Shown: positions 55,296-64,000, counted from the stretch's first letter. The stretch is 64,000 nt of DNA from an uncultured virus (IMG/VR IMGVR_UViG_3300006467_000431) (IMGVR_UViG_3300006467_000431), one strand, 5' to 3'. Notes: a model not told the origin generated them from the letters alone. Translations and numbers: made by a program.

Positions 55296-55688
55296 CTACT
55301 CCTCGAAGAGGTGGAAGACCGTCACGGCGTTGGCCAGCAGGTGCCGGACGGTCTTCACGTCGCTGATCTGCTTCTTCGCAACGTCGATGAACTTCGCGAT
55401 CTCATCGTCCCCGAAGACGAAGGAGCCAGGTTCCTCCATCCGGTAGGTGATGTGCTTGCAGGCATCCTCGAGGAGTCGATCGGTGGCGCAGATGACGCTC
55501 TTGCTGTAGCCGGCCTCGGGAGCTTCCTGGAACATCCGATCGATGCGTTCGTGGTCCCATTCCTTCAGCCCGATCTCGGCCCGGACCGATGAAGCGATGG
55601 GGGTAGCGGCCTTGGTAGCGGCCTGAATCGCGGCGCAGATCTGCTTGCGTTCGTGGTCGGTGAAGTGGATGCGGAGCTCGGCGTTCAC
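55296..55688 (-). CDS. Hypothetical protein
   Basis: GTGA overlap, GGAGG RBS. Confidence 0.65.
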   Translation of the reverse strand: MNAELRIHFTDHERKQICAAIQAATKAATPIASSVRAEIGLKEWDHERIDRMFQEAPEAGYSKSVICATDRLLEDACKHITYRMEEPGSFVFGDDEIAKFIDVAKKQISDVKTVRHLLANAVTVFHLFEE

Positions 55689-56176
55689 AGTTCCTCCAGG
55701 AGGCTTTTTTCGATGGTGGTGAGGGTGTTGGCGATCTGCTCGAAGCCTTCGCTTCGCATCCTGCGAGCGAGGCTGTCTGCCTCGGAAGCGAGATCTCGGA
55801 GCACCTTCTTCCTATCGGATAGGATGCCCGTGAGGACAATGTCTTCCTGCGTTGGCTCGAAGGGTCTGGCATTCCGACAGACGTCGCAGGTGTAGACCTC
55901 TTGTCCTTCCTGAAATCCGAGGGATTCTCGACACCTGGGGCACCGAACGCTCTTGCTGACGGAACAGTCGGGGCGCTGCGTGACGAGGTTGAAGATTCGC
56001 TTCGACTCGTCAGGGAGTAGTCCGAACTCCTGCTTGATGGCGACAAATGTGAAGTTTGTTGGGCGCCCCCGAGACATCTTCAACCGGCTGTAGGCGAAGT
56101 GGTCCGCGAGCCGCTTCTCGATCTTCTCGGCGGCGCGTTCTTCGTTGTACGTTGGCGGTGTTTCCTTGCTCATCAT
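55685..56176 (-). CDS. Zn-ribbon protein
   Basis: CPRC..CDVC; ATGA overlap. Confidence 0.65.
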   Translation of the reverse strand: MMSKETPPTYNEERAAEKIEKRLADHFAYSRLKMSRGRPTNFTFVAIKQEFGLLPDESKRIFNLVTQRPDCSVSKSVRCPRCRESLGFQEGQEVYTCDVCRNARPFEPTQEDIVLTGILSDRKKVLRDLASEADSLARRMRSEGFEQIANTLTTIEKSLLEEL

Positions 56177-57309
56177 GCTGCCTCCTCGGCGTTCTGAGCC
56201 TCACGGCGTGCGCGTACCTCGGCGAGCTTCTTTTTGAGCGTGTCGCTGATGTCGAGCTCGCGTACGAGGCGCTTGGTCTTGTTGGTCAGCCCCTTCTCCC
56301 ACCGGATCTTCTCCACCGTGGGCGCCTTGTCTTCACGCGGTCGGCTACTCCGGTTCCACGATTCGGGCTTGGTGACGCGGGTAGGAGTCCATCCGGCGGC
56401 ACGCAGGCTGTGGCCGCTCTCTTCGAGGGCCAGGGTGTAGGTGATCAGACGGTCGTAGCCGAGCGGCCGTGCCTGCTTGCAGGCCGCTGCATACAGCTTC
56501 GTCGAGGCGTTCTTTCGCAGCTCGGGATGCCCCCAGGTGGCGACCCGAGTGACCTCGAGGGTGTGCGGCTGGGCCTCCTGGAGCTTGCGGGAGCCGGGAC
56601 GCCCGACCACGGCGACGGCGACCTCCACAGGGCCATTGAACAGCGCGAGTCCGAACTTGTAGCTCGTTGGAGCGTTGTGGTGGCGGTGCTTGTCGTCGAC
56701 CCGTGCGAACACGTGGTCGCGCCATCCCTTGGGACTCTTGGCCGCGTGGTTGCCGTGCTTGTCGTCTCGGTCGGTGCGCACGGCGGTGGGGTTGCGCAGG
56801 GAGAGCCGACAGACGACCTCGGCACCGGGACCGTCGTGAACTTCCAGGACGTCGTACTCGGGGGCGATCTGCTTCACCACGTCGACGACGGACACCCCGT
56901 AGGCCTCGGTGAAGCCCCATCGGATCACCGCCTCGTGCTGGGCCTCACAGCACCCGCGCCAGGTCAGGTAGGCATCTCCTTCGTCGGGGTGGAATCCGAT
57001 ATCACAGCCGTACAGGGTCAGATCGTCGGTGATCCAGTGAGTGCCACAGCAGGGGCAGCGCGCAGGGTCTCCATTGTCCTCATCCACGTCCAGATCCACA
57101 CCGTTGTCGGCGAGCTCGGGGGCTCGAGGGATGGCCTTGGCGGTCGCCTCGACCTTGGCTTCGGCCTTGCGCTCCTTGCGGATGGCCTGGATGGCCTCGC
57201 AGCCCCGGGCGTACTCCTTGTCGAGGACAGCCTGCACCGTGGCGGTCGGGTGCTTGGCGCGCCAGTTGTCGACGAACTGCTGCAGCGGCTTGCGTCCGGT
57301 GACGAACAT
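56173..57309 (-). CDS. Mom-like / XF1762-like GNAT-fold DNA-modification domain protein (3' part of interrupted fusion)
   Basis: HRHH..KFGLAL..VVGRPGSR..LEVTRVA..KNASTKLYAA..GYDRLITYTL..ESGHSLRAAGW. Confidence 0.7.
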   Translation of the reverse strand: MFVTGRKPLQQFVDNWRAKHPTATVQAVLDKEYARGCEAIQAIRKERKAEAKVEATAKAIPRAPELADNGVDLDVDEDNGDPARCPCCGTHWITDDLTLYGCDIGFHPDEGDAYLTWRGCCEAQHEAVIRWGFTEAYGVSVVDVVKQIAPEYDVLEVHDGPGAEVVCRLSLRNPTAVRTDRDDKHGNHAAKSPKGWRDHVFARVDDKHRHHNAPTSYKFGLALFNGPVEVAVAVVGRPGSRKLQEAQPHTLEVTRVATWGHPELRKNASTKLYAAACKQARPLGYDRLITYTLALEESGHSLRAAGWTPTRVTKPESWNRSSRPREDKAPTVEKIRWEKGLTNKTKRLVRELDISDTLKKKLAEVRARREAQNAEEAA

Positions 57310-57393
57310 CTTGTCGTTCTTGGCCAGCGCAGCGTTCTCGTAGGCAACGAGTTCATCGAAGCGCTCAGGTTGCGTCTGTTGCAGTGCCCAGAA

Positions 57394-58140
57394 TCAGCTC
57401 GCGGGCTGGAAGGGGCACCCGTAGCAGCCGCTCTTGCGGACATGTCCGAGGCCGTGACGCTCGAGGATGGGCTGCTCGCTGGCCTTGTCGATGCCCATCT
57501 CGACGAGAGGGAAGCGTTCGGTGACGAACTTGGGGGCGTTCTTCGGGGTCTTGATGCGGCTCGCCTCGTCGGCTGCGTAGCCGATGAGGGTGATGTGCGG
57601 GACGGTCTCTCCGTTGCGGACCGCTGCACTCCACTGACGGTTTTTCTTGCCGAATCGCTCGATGGACAGGTCGTTGATGAGGCGCCGGATGGGCTGGATC
57701 TTGTGGTTGTCGGTGCAGTCGCCCTTTCCGAGGCTCACGACGGTCTGGCGGGACTTGTAGTCTTCGAAGATCTGAGCCCTGAGGTGGTAGCCGCCCTCGT
57801 TGGCCTTCTCTTCGAGGGTCGTCCAGCGGTTGTGGATCCAGGCTCTCTCCTTGGTCTGCTCCCAGGTCTGGCAGAGCTCGGCGTCGGGCTTGCGCAGCAT
57901 GAAGAAGCGGATGCCGTGGTCGTAGCAGATGTCGCGCACGTCCTCGAGCAGCGCCATCGTGTGCGGCCACTCGGCACCGGTGTCGCTGAAGACGACGGCA
58001 TCAACATCCTCGGGTCCGATCTTGCGTCCCTGGGCGATGAGCTCACCTTCGACCAACAGACACAGCATGGTCAGGGAGTCGCGGCCGAGGCCACAATTCA
58101 AGGTCACGATGCGCTGGTCGTTGAAGCGGGTCATCTGCAC
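57394..58140 (-). CDS. PAPS-reductase-like (PP-loop) domain, ends at an internal in-frame TGA
   Basis: GLGRDS, FSDTGAEWPHT, CTDNHKIQPI, IGYAADEASR, FPLVEMG, KSGCYGCPF. Confidence 0.75.
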   Translation of the reverse strand: MQMTRFNDQRIVTLNCGLGRDSLTMLCLLVEGELIAQGRKIGPEDVDAVVFSDTGAEWPHTMALLEDVRDICYDHGIRFFMLRKPDAELCQTWEQTKERAWIHNRWTTLEEKANEGGYHLRAQIFEDYKSRQTVVSLGKGDCTDNHKIQPIRRLINDLSIERFGKKNRQWSAAVRNGETVPHITLIGYAADEASRIKTPKNAPKFVTERFPLVEMGIDKASEQPILERHGLGHVRKSGCYGCPFQPAS

Positions 58141-58180
58141 GTACTCACGGGGTGATGCTGCGTGCAGATGTTCTACCGCG

Positions 58181-58197
58181 TGACACGGGCTGTGTCA
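58181..58197. promoter_or_regulatory. Operator TGACAC-GGGCT-GTGTCA within minus-strand promoter TTGACA-17-TAGAAC
   Basis: Directly upstream of PAPS-reductase-like gene. Confidence 0.8.
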
Positions 58198-58230
58198 ACG
58201 ACCAAAGTTACTTTGGTCTCAGATCTTGGA

Positions 58231-58851
58231 TCAGGCCGGCAGCGTGAAGCCGGTGAGGGTCGTGTAGAAGACGTAGCAGGTGACATCGAAGTTCGTGAGT
58301 GTGTTGAGAACGACCGCACCTGCATCGAGGAGGATGTAGGGGGTCCAGGCAGCCCCATCGAGGGTCGGACCGCCGGAGAGCATGCCCACAGCAAGGCCCG
58401 AGACGGGGACGGCCGTGAGGGGCGGGTAGCCGACCGGAGCTCCAACGAGTTCGGTGGCCGGGACCAGGAAGCCAGCGGGCAGCTCGGGGAACCGGCCGGT
58501 CGTGAGCTCGCAGGTGACCACTCCTCCACCCGCAGGAGCCTCCGTCACGATGTAGGTGGCGCCGAGGATGACACCATCGGCAGGGATGGCATCGTCGAAG
58601 GGGGTGTTGAGCGTCGTAGCGGCAGGCAGATCACCCAACTGGATGCGCTTCTGGATGGAGGTCACACTTCCACCCGCGCTCAGGCTGACCCAGGTGGTTC
58701 CACCGTCTGTGTTCTGGTAGGTCACGGCGGTGTCAGATCGGATGGCAAGCGAGCCGATGGGGGCAGTGAGAACGCCGCTCGGGTCGGCCACCACGTTGTA
58801 GATGTTGATGGAACCGACGGTGACGACGTTGGTGTAGATGCGGCCTGCCAT
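58231..58851 (-). CDS. Putative virion spike/fibre-type beta protein
   Basis: GGAGG RBS; DPSGVLTAPIGSLAIRSD..TDGGTTW resembles phage fibre/spike segments; T/G/V-rich. Confidence 0.55.
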   Translation of the reverse strand: MAGRIYTNVVTVGSINIYNVVADPSGVLTAPIGSLAIRSDTAVTYQNTDGGTTWVSLSAGGSVTSIQKRIQLGDLPAATTLNTPFDDAIPADGVILGATYIVTEAPAGGGVVTCELTTGRFPELPAGFLVPATELVGAPVGYPPLTAVPVSGLAVGMLSGGPTLDGAAWTPYILLDAGAVVLNTLTNFDVTCYVFYTTLTGFTLPA

Positions 58852-58946
58852 GAAGGACCTCCGAAGGGATGCTGGATCACGAGCCTCATCCTATCGTGCC
58901 TGAGCGTATTCTTCGAGGCGCAGTCTCTTGTTCAGGGCGATCTTCT

Positions 58947-58963
58947 TGACACGCTCCGTGTCG
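58947..58963. promoter_or_regulatory. Operator variant TGACAC-GCTCC-GTGTCG in promoter TTGACA-17-TAGGGT of helicase-cas operon
   Basis: -35 58946-58951, -10 58969-58974, RBS AAGGAG 58986-58991. Confidence 0.75.
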
Positions 58964-58997
58964 TGAAGTAGGGTGTTGCTGAACCAAGGAGACTGCC

Positions 58998-61232
58998 TTG
59001 TTGGGCGAAACCAATGCGCTTTTGAAGCGACCTATCGGAACGCTGAAGCTCTGGGAGCATCAGTGTGATTCGGTTCGTCATCTCGTGTCGGAATCGACTC
59101 GAGGAGTGCTTCGGTATGGCGTTGTTGGCATGCCGACGGGTGCGGGGAAGACGGCGGTGGCAGCTGCTACCGCGAAGCATGCTCTCGAAGACGGTTTCTG
59201 CGCGCATGTGCTGGTCGTCACGCCCTTCACGCATGCGATGGACAGCTTTCGGTCCGCTTCGACGTACGATTGTGGCGGACGCCTCCTTGAGGTGGACTCT
59301 GATTTCTGGCTGGAGCTGTCTCCGGAAGAGGGGCGAGACCAGCAGTTTGTCGACTGGCTGAGTCGTTGTGATGGCCGTGCGCTGGTCACGACGCACTCGA
59401 AGGTCGTCCACGGAGAGGGGTGGGTATCCCTGCTTCCAGAGTCCTGTGATCGCCTTCTCGTTATCTGTGATGAGCTCCACCATGGTGGCGAGGGAGCTAC
59501 GCAGATTCGGAGCTTCTTGGATGCCGTGCATGCTCGTGGCGGCATGGTGGCAGGCCTCTCCGCAACGCTCTTCCGTACGGACGGTCGTCCTCTCTTCCCG
59601 GCTGCTGTCCGTCCGTTGGTCTTCAGCTACACGCAGCTTGCGGCTCGTGGGCTGTTTCCTGAGAAGATCAAGCTGCGGATGATTCCGCTGGGAGAGGCTT
59701 CAGGGGAACTCACGGAGGAACACCTCGATCAGGCTTGTCGGTATGTGGCCAACGAAGGCCGTGTGACGGTGATGAACATTCAGCCTGGCGCTTCAGAGCG
59801 TACAGCATCCCGGGTGGTCCAGAGCCTGGTTCAGGCTGGGTACGACGAGGACCGCATCCTCAATGCGGTCGGTGCATCGTCGGATGTCGCAGGGAGGGTC
59901 CGAAGTGCTCTCGCATCCGAGCGGTCCTTGTTGAAGGGAGAAGATGGTTCCTATCTGCATCGCAAGATCGATGTAGCGGTTGCTTGTCATCGATTTCGTG
60001 AGTCGGCCGATCTTCCGACCTGCAGCCATGTCGCGAGCTTCGGCGTCACGACGAGTCTTCAGATGGCGGTTCAGAACATTGGCCGGGCTCTCCGAAACAA
60101 GAGGTGCATCAAGGACTATCCAGAGGACTGGCTCAATGAGTCCGTCTACACTCTCTTCGTTCCGGTCTTCGATGAGGCAGATCCAGGCCGTCAGCGAATG
60201 AGTCAGATGCTGCTCCAGCTCTCGTGCTTGCTCGAGGGCAGCGATGCGGTCTTGCACTTCCATCGGATGTGGCCCTCTTTGGTGAAGGGCCTCCGTCTCC
60301 CTCCAGTGTTTCGTCCGAGCTTTGAGCGATTGGCCGTCAGCTGTCTTCTCGGTGAGTCTCCAGAGCAGGAGGCGAATGCTCGAGCCTTGGTGGCGGTGGA
60401 GACCCAGAGGTTGCGAGGCGTGTTGAGCCGTACACCGTCGGTCTCTGAGGTCGTCTCGGCGATCTGTGAAGCACCTGTCGAAGAAGAAGACCAGGTGCGT
60501 GCATCGCTTCAGGCGCTCCTTCTCGCGGCAGATGAAGATCCAAGGCTCTTGGAGCGGGTGCAGTCGGTGATCTGCGAGGTGGCCGCCACCTACTGGACGT
60601 CGAGGGATCGCTTCGGGGATGAGATGCGCCGTTCATTCGAGAAAATCTCTGGAGACTATGCAGAATTGGTCGTCGACTATGACGGTCGTCTGCTCGAGGG
60701 GCTGCAGGCTGTGCTCTCGGTAGACCGGATTCGGTCCATGTGCGAGAGGATGGTCCTTGCGCGCAATGCTCAGCTCTCGCCTGATGAATGGACGGATCAC
60801 CGGATCATTCGCCGGATCTTGCGCCCTTACCGTTCTCAGTGGGGACACGGGGCTCGTGTCCACCATGGAGAGCAGGACATCTCGGCCTTCGTGGGCTTCC
60901 AGTGCTCCCTTGCTGATGTCGATGTGATGCTTCGGGAGTCTGGTTTCAGTCTGGAGCTGCTCTCCATCATGGAGTCCTACGTGATGGATCCACAGGCTCT
61001 GCGGAGTCAGATCGACAAGCTTGGCGCCGTGGTCGAGCGCCGTGCTGCCACCCTCGATGAACGACACTGGAGGGATGGTCCGACCCTCAGGAAGGCAGTG
61101 ACCTCTCCTTCTTGGACCTTTCATGGTCACAACCTCATCGCTCTCGAGCTCGCGGCTCGGCGGGGATGGCGTGGCTTTGCGGGAGGCCAGACCTTGGTCT
61201 CTGTTTTGACGACTCAAGGGAGTCCATCATGA
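58998..61232 (+). CDS. SF2 helicase in cas3 position, no HD nuclease domain recognised
   Basis: LWEHQ (Q motif) near N-terminus, MPTGAGKT, ICDELHH, GLSAT, QNIGRALR; ATGA-coupled to cas5. Confidence 0.8.
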   Translation: MLGETNALLKRPIGTLKLWEHQCDSVRHLVSESTRGVLRYGVVGMPTGAGKTAVAAATAKHALEDGFCAHVLVVTPFTHAMDSFRSASTYDCGGRLLEVDSDFWLELSPEEGRDQQFVDWLSRCDGRALVTTHSKVVHGEGWVSLLPESCDRLLVICDELHHGGEGATQIRSFLDAVHARGGMVAGLSATLFRTDGRPLFPAAVRPLVFSYTQLAARGLFPEKIKLRMIPLGEASGELTEEHLDQACRYVANEGRVTVMNIQPGASERTASRVVQSLVQAGYDEDRILNAVGASSDVAGRVRSALASERSLLKGEDGSYLHRKIDVAVACHRFRESADLPTCSHVASFGVTTSLQMAVQNIGRALRNKRCIKDYPEDWLNESVYTLFVPVFDEADPGRQRMSQMLLQLSCLLEGSDAVLHFHRMWPSLVKGLRLPPVFRPSFERLAVSCLLGESPEQEANARALVAVETQRLRGVLSRTPSVSEVVSAICEAPVEEEDQVRASLQALLLAADEDPRLLERVQSVICEVAATYWTSRDRFGDEMRRSFEKISGDYAELVVDYDGRLLEGLQAVLSVDRIRSMCERMVLARNAQLSPDEWTDHRIIRRILRPYRSQWGHGARVHHGEQDISAFVGFQCSLADVDVMLRESGFSLELLSIMESYVMDPQALRSQIDKLGAVVERRAATLDERHWRDGPTLRKAVTSPSWTFHGHNLIALELAARRGWRGFAGGQTLVSVLTTQGSPS

Positions 61233-61900
61233 TGGATCACATCTCGTTTTCCTTTCGCGTGTCCGGTCCGATGGCCATGTTCACGGTGCCTCATCTTCGC
61301 TCAGATCCGTACTCCGAGCCGGTCATGACGCCCTCGGCTGCGAAGGGCGTTCTCAAGTCCATCTACTGGAAACCCGAGGGGGAGTGGGAGATCGAGCGCA
61401 TCGCCGTCTTGAAGCCCATTCGCTACAGCACGAGCAAGGAGCATGCTCGGGCTGACTGGAACAGCGACAAGCACACGCTCTTGTTGGTGTCGCGCCTGGT
61501 GGACGTCGACTACCTCATCGACGCTCGTTGGGTTCCGAACCCCTACCGCGTGGATGTGTCGACCTACCACAAGAAGTACGGTCCTGAGATCACCCGAAGG
61601 CTCACCCGTGGGGAGGCCTTCCGACAGCCCCACCTGGGAGTGACGGACCATCCAGCTTCCTGGTCGCTGGTGTTGGAGCGCGATGCGCGCCTGGCTCCTA
61701 TCGACCTGACCGAAGATCTGGGCACGATGGTGCTCGACATGGTCCCGGTCGATGCAGGTCGAGATCGATGGGACCCCATCTTCTTCCGAGCTCGTCTCGA
61801 TTCGGGGGTCCTCGAGGTTCCCGAGTCGCTGGTCTTGAAGCATCGAGATCAGATCATGCGAGCTCGAGACAACCACTTCCCGAAGCGCAAGAGCGCGTAG
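61229..61900 (+). CDS. cas5: Type I-C Cas5 (Cas5d)
   Basis: SGPMAMFT, VMTPSAAKGVLKSIYWKP, VLKPIRY, DVDYLIDA, QPHLG, DLGTM, FFRARLDSGVLEVP. Confidence 0.92.
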   Translation: MMDHISFSFRVSGPMAMFTVPHLRSDPYSEPVMTPSAAKGVLKSIYWKPEGEWEIERIAVLKPIRYSTSKEHARADWNSDKHTLLLVSRLVDVDYLIDARWVPNPYRVDVSTYHKKYGPEITRRLTRGEAFRQPHLGVTDHPASWSLVLERDARLAPIDLTEDLGTMVLDMVPVDAGRDRWDPIFFRARLDSGVLEVPESLVLKHRDQIMRARDNHFPKRKSA

Positions 61901-61908
61901 GAGCCTTC

Positions 61909-63657
61909 ATGTACTTTCTCCATGCTCTCATGGACCGGTCCCAGCATGCGGCTGTTCCTCTCGGTTACGAACTCGTTCGATTCGCCTGGGTGCTTCGTCT
62001 CGACAAGGATGGGGGCTTTGTCTCCCTGACCGAGCATCCCTACAAGCACAAGAACGATCAGCGGGTGGAAGCATCGGTTCCGGCCACTCCGAGGACCGCA
62101 AACATCCGAGCCAAGACCGTCATGGACGATGCGACCTACCTGTTCGGTGTGGCGGGCCGAGATCCGAGTGCTCGCCACCGGTCCTACATGTCGACCCTTC
62201 GCAAGCTGGCAAAGGTTTCGCCGGCAGCGGCTGTGGTGCATCGCTTTTTTATGAGCCCGGCTCGCCCTCTCTTCCTTCCAAAGGACGGAGATCTGGAGCT
62301 CGCAAAGGCCTCGCACCCCGACCCGACGAAGGCGGAGGTGGTGTCCTACAAGGGCACCGCCAAGGAACGCATCCTGGTGGAGGTGGAGGGTCATCCGAGG
62401 TGGTGGCTGTCTGGAGATGTCCAGGCTTGGCATCAGGAGCACCTGAAGGAGACGAACACGAAGGCGAAGGACGTCCGAGGTGCGTGCTCTCTGTGCCTCG
62501 AGGAAGACGTGGTCTTGGCTGCTCGGATGGGCAAGTCCACCCTTGGGGGCACCTTGAGCAGCGCGAACATGGCTTCGATGTTCGCCTACGGTCGCAAGAA
62601 TGCCTACACGACGCCGACCTGCGAGACGTGTGCGGCGAAGATCGTGCAGGGGCTCGATGACATCAGCAACGACCGTTCGTTGCGACGGATGCCCCTGGGC
62701 AACAAGGACATCTCCTTTCTGTGGTGGGCGAACGATTCGGGAGAGGCGTCCCCCTGGCAAATCTTCGACCGGGCGATGGACAAGGAAGCATCGATCGAAG
62801 ATCGGCTTCAGGCGCTGGATTCTCTCTGTGATGGCCACCTTGCTGTCGTAGAGAAGACGGGCAACGCCAAGCTCGGACTTCGTCGCTATGGTCGCTCCCG
62901 GGCTGCTGCAGTGCGTTCCTCGCTGGTTTCCTGGATTCGGTCGATGTCTACCAGTCCATGGCACTTCACGTTGCTTCTTCAGGCTCGAGAGATCTCGCAG
63001 TCGGATGAGCACGATCAGCTCCTCGAGATGCTTCTTCTCTCGATGCTCCTGGGCCAGGAGGTTCCTCGGCTCTTGATTCACAAGGCGCAGCGCAAGGTCG
63101 CCCGTTCGAGCGATGAGGCTGCTTCCAAGGTGTTCACCGACTTTCTTCGCTTTGCAGGCGAAGATCTTGGAGATGATGAGATGAGAAAGACTGTCGAACC
63201 TGCCGAGAGCTCGGATCAGGTCTACCCCATCGACACGGCGTCGGAAGACCTGATTTCCTCGGAGGGTTTGTCCGCTGGTGAGCGCTATGCTCTCTTCAAG
63301 GGACGTGCCTTCGCCGAGGCAGAGCTGATGCAGCGGAGTCGTACGCCAGGTGGCCCTCAGCGCACCATTGGGCACACGGTTCTCCGGGCGGCGAGCCAGC
63401 GCCCTGCGCGTGCCGATGACGTCATCCTGCTTCACGGGGCCCGCAAGACGGGAAAGGGCGACCTGTTCTACCCCGATCGGATTCGTCGCCTCCAGGAGCT
63501 CGCAGATCAAGAACTGGTGATGCCACCGCTCCGTTTTTCCCCCTCGGAGCAGGCCCAGTTCATGCGCGGCTACCGGCTCCAGCATGCCGAGAGGCGCAAG
63601 GAGATCCGCTGGTACGTCGAGCGAAAGAAGTCTCACCCCAAGTCCAACGTGGCGTAG
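61909..63657 (+). CDS. cas8c: Type I-C Cas8c (Csd1) with C-terminal Cas11 domain
   Basis: LRLDKDGGF, PRTANI, DDATYLFG, CSLC, LSSAN..FAYG; GRAFAEAE..Q and EQAQFMRGY in C-terminus. Confidence 0.85.
   Translation: MYFLHALMDRSQHAAVPLGYELVRFAWVLRLDKDGGFVSLTEHPYKHKNDQRVEASVPATPRTANIRAKTVMDDATYLFGVAGRDPSARHRSYMSTLRKLAKVSPAAAVVHRFFMSPARPLFLPKDGDLELAKASHPDPTKAEVVSYKGTAKERILVEVEGHPRWWLSGDVQAWHQEHLKETNTKAKDVRGACSLCLEEDVVLAARMGKSTLGGTLSSANMASMFAYGRKNAYTTPTCETCAAKIVQGLDDISNDRSLRRMPLGNKDISFLWWANDSGEASPWQIFDRAMDKEASIEDRLQALDSLCDGHLAVVEKTGNAKLGLRRYGRSRAAAVRSSLVSWIRSMSTSPWHFTLLLQAREISQSDEHDQLLEMLLLSMLLGQEVPRLLIHKAQRKVARSSDEAASKVFTDFLRFAGEDLGDDEMRKTVEPAESSDQVYPIDTASEDLISSEGLSAGERYALFKGRAFAEAELMQRSRTPGGPQRTIGHTVLRAASQRPARADDVILLHGARKTGKGDLFYPDRIRRLQELADQELVMPPLRFSPSEQAQFMRGYRLQHAERRKEIRWYVERKKSHPKSNVA
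63181..63657 (+). CDS. cas11: Probable internally translated Cas11c small subunit
   Basis: In-frame ATG 63181 with GGAG at 63169-63172 just before the Cas11-like domain. Confidence 0.6.
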   Translation: MRKTVEPAESSDQVYPIDTASEDLISSEGLSAGERYALFKGRAFAEAELMQRSRTPGGPQRTIGHTVLRAASQRPARADDVILLHGARKTGKGDLFYPDRIRRLQELADQELVMPPLRFSPSEQAQFMRGYRLQHAERRKEIRWYVERKKSHPKSNVA

Positions 63658-63722
63658 TCCACGACCACCCCTGACCACGCGTCCATACTCACACCGTGGC
63701 CTATGCCACACAGGAGCCAGAG

Positions 63723-64000
63723 ATGAGCACCACCTACGGAATGCCTACCAACCCCAACAACCACATCGTCGGCGCGTTCGTCTTCGATGTCGTGATGTCG
63801 AACCCGAACGGAGATCCGGATAATGGCGGCCACCCCCGCCAGTCTCCGGATGGTCATGGCTATGTCACGCCGATGCGCGTGAAGCGCATGATCCGCGACT
63901 ACGGCAAGGATGCTCTCGGATGGTCCCTGTACGTGGACCACGGAGTGGATCTCGCCGAGGTCCAGAAGAACAGCGACTCCGACCCGGACAAGATCAAGTC
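63723..64000 (+). CDS. cas7: Type I-C Cas7 (Csd2), truncated by window end
   Basis: My translation: MSTTYGMPTNPNNHIVGAFVFDVVMSNPNGDPDNGGHPRQ..GYVTPMRVKRMIRDY; AGGAG RBS. Confidence 0.9.
   Translation, partial: MSTTYGMPTNPNNHIVGAFVFDVVMSNPNGDPDNGGHPRQSPDGHGYVTPMRVKRMIRDYGKDALGWSLYVDHGVDLAEVQKNSDSDPDKIK

Noticed and set aside
57394..57396. Genome-wide TGA=Trp recoding or selenocysteine
   Set aside because: Many genes end in TGA with ATGA/GTGA coupling and TGG is used for Trp; the position fits Trp rather than Cys.
58998..61232. Calling the helicase cas3
   Set aside because: No HD domain and motifs II/VI atypical for Cas3; only its position supports the name.
1..64000. rRNA, tRNA, integrase, transposase, terminase, portal and tail genes
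   Set aside because: No recognisable signatures by eye; absence applies only to this window and was not tested by profile search.
1..64000. High frequency of TCGA/CTCGAG/GATC words as a special signal
   Set aside because: Plausibly explained by codon pairs such as CTC-GAG and ATC-GAG; cannot be shown to be enriched without a Markov-model count.

Overview
High-GC, gene-dense segment that reads as part of a large virus or phage-like element rather than a host chromosome. I found no rRNA, tRNA, ribosomal-protein or central-metabolism genes. A Myxococcota-like host is weakly suggested by a DT/DA-repeat lipoprotein. Recognisable genes: intein-split RadA-like ATPase (class 3 intein), ThyX, intein-split class II ribonucleotide reductase NrdJ, DnaE, a putative SSB, an RdgC-like protein, a J-domain protein, a sulfotransferase, and a PAPS-reductase-like/Mom-like DNA-modification fusion broken by one in-frame TGA. 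The right end holds a type I-C Cascade operon (cas5-cas8c/cas11-cas7, truncated by the window) headed by an SF2 helicase with no HD nuclease. The most unusual feature is a putative virion module at about 1.6-5 kb and 11-25 kb, with outliers elsewhere. It comprises a highly expressed beta-rich capsid candidate, two paralogous beta-sandwich proteins, a transglutaminase-like Cys-His-Asp enzyme, and many otherwise unrelated proteins punctuated by an acidic-[F/Y]G motif. That motif separates poly-acidic segments from amphipathic or Arg-rich segments, suggesting protease-matured polyproteins in a tailless, possibly membrane-containing virus (inference). A 17-bp palindrome TGACAC-N5-GTGTCA occurs at nine intergenic sites, mostly overlapping sigma70-like -35 boxes. 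One site lies beside an XRE-HTH gene and one precedes the cas operon. No terminase, portal, tail genes or CRISPR array were recognised in this window.
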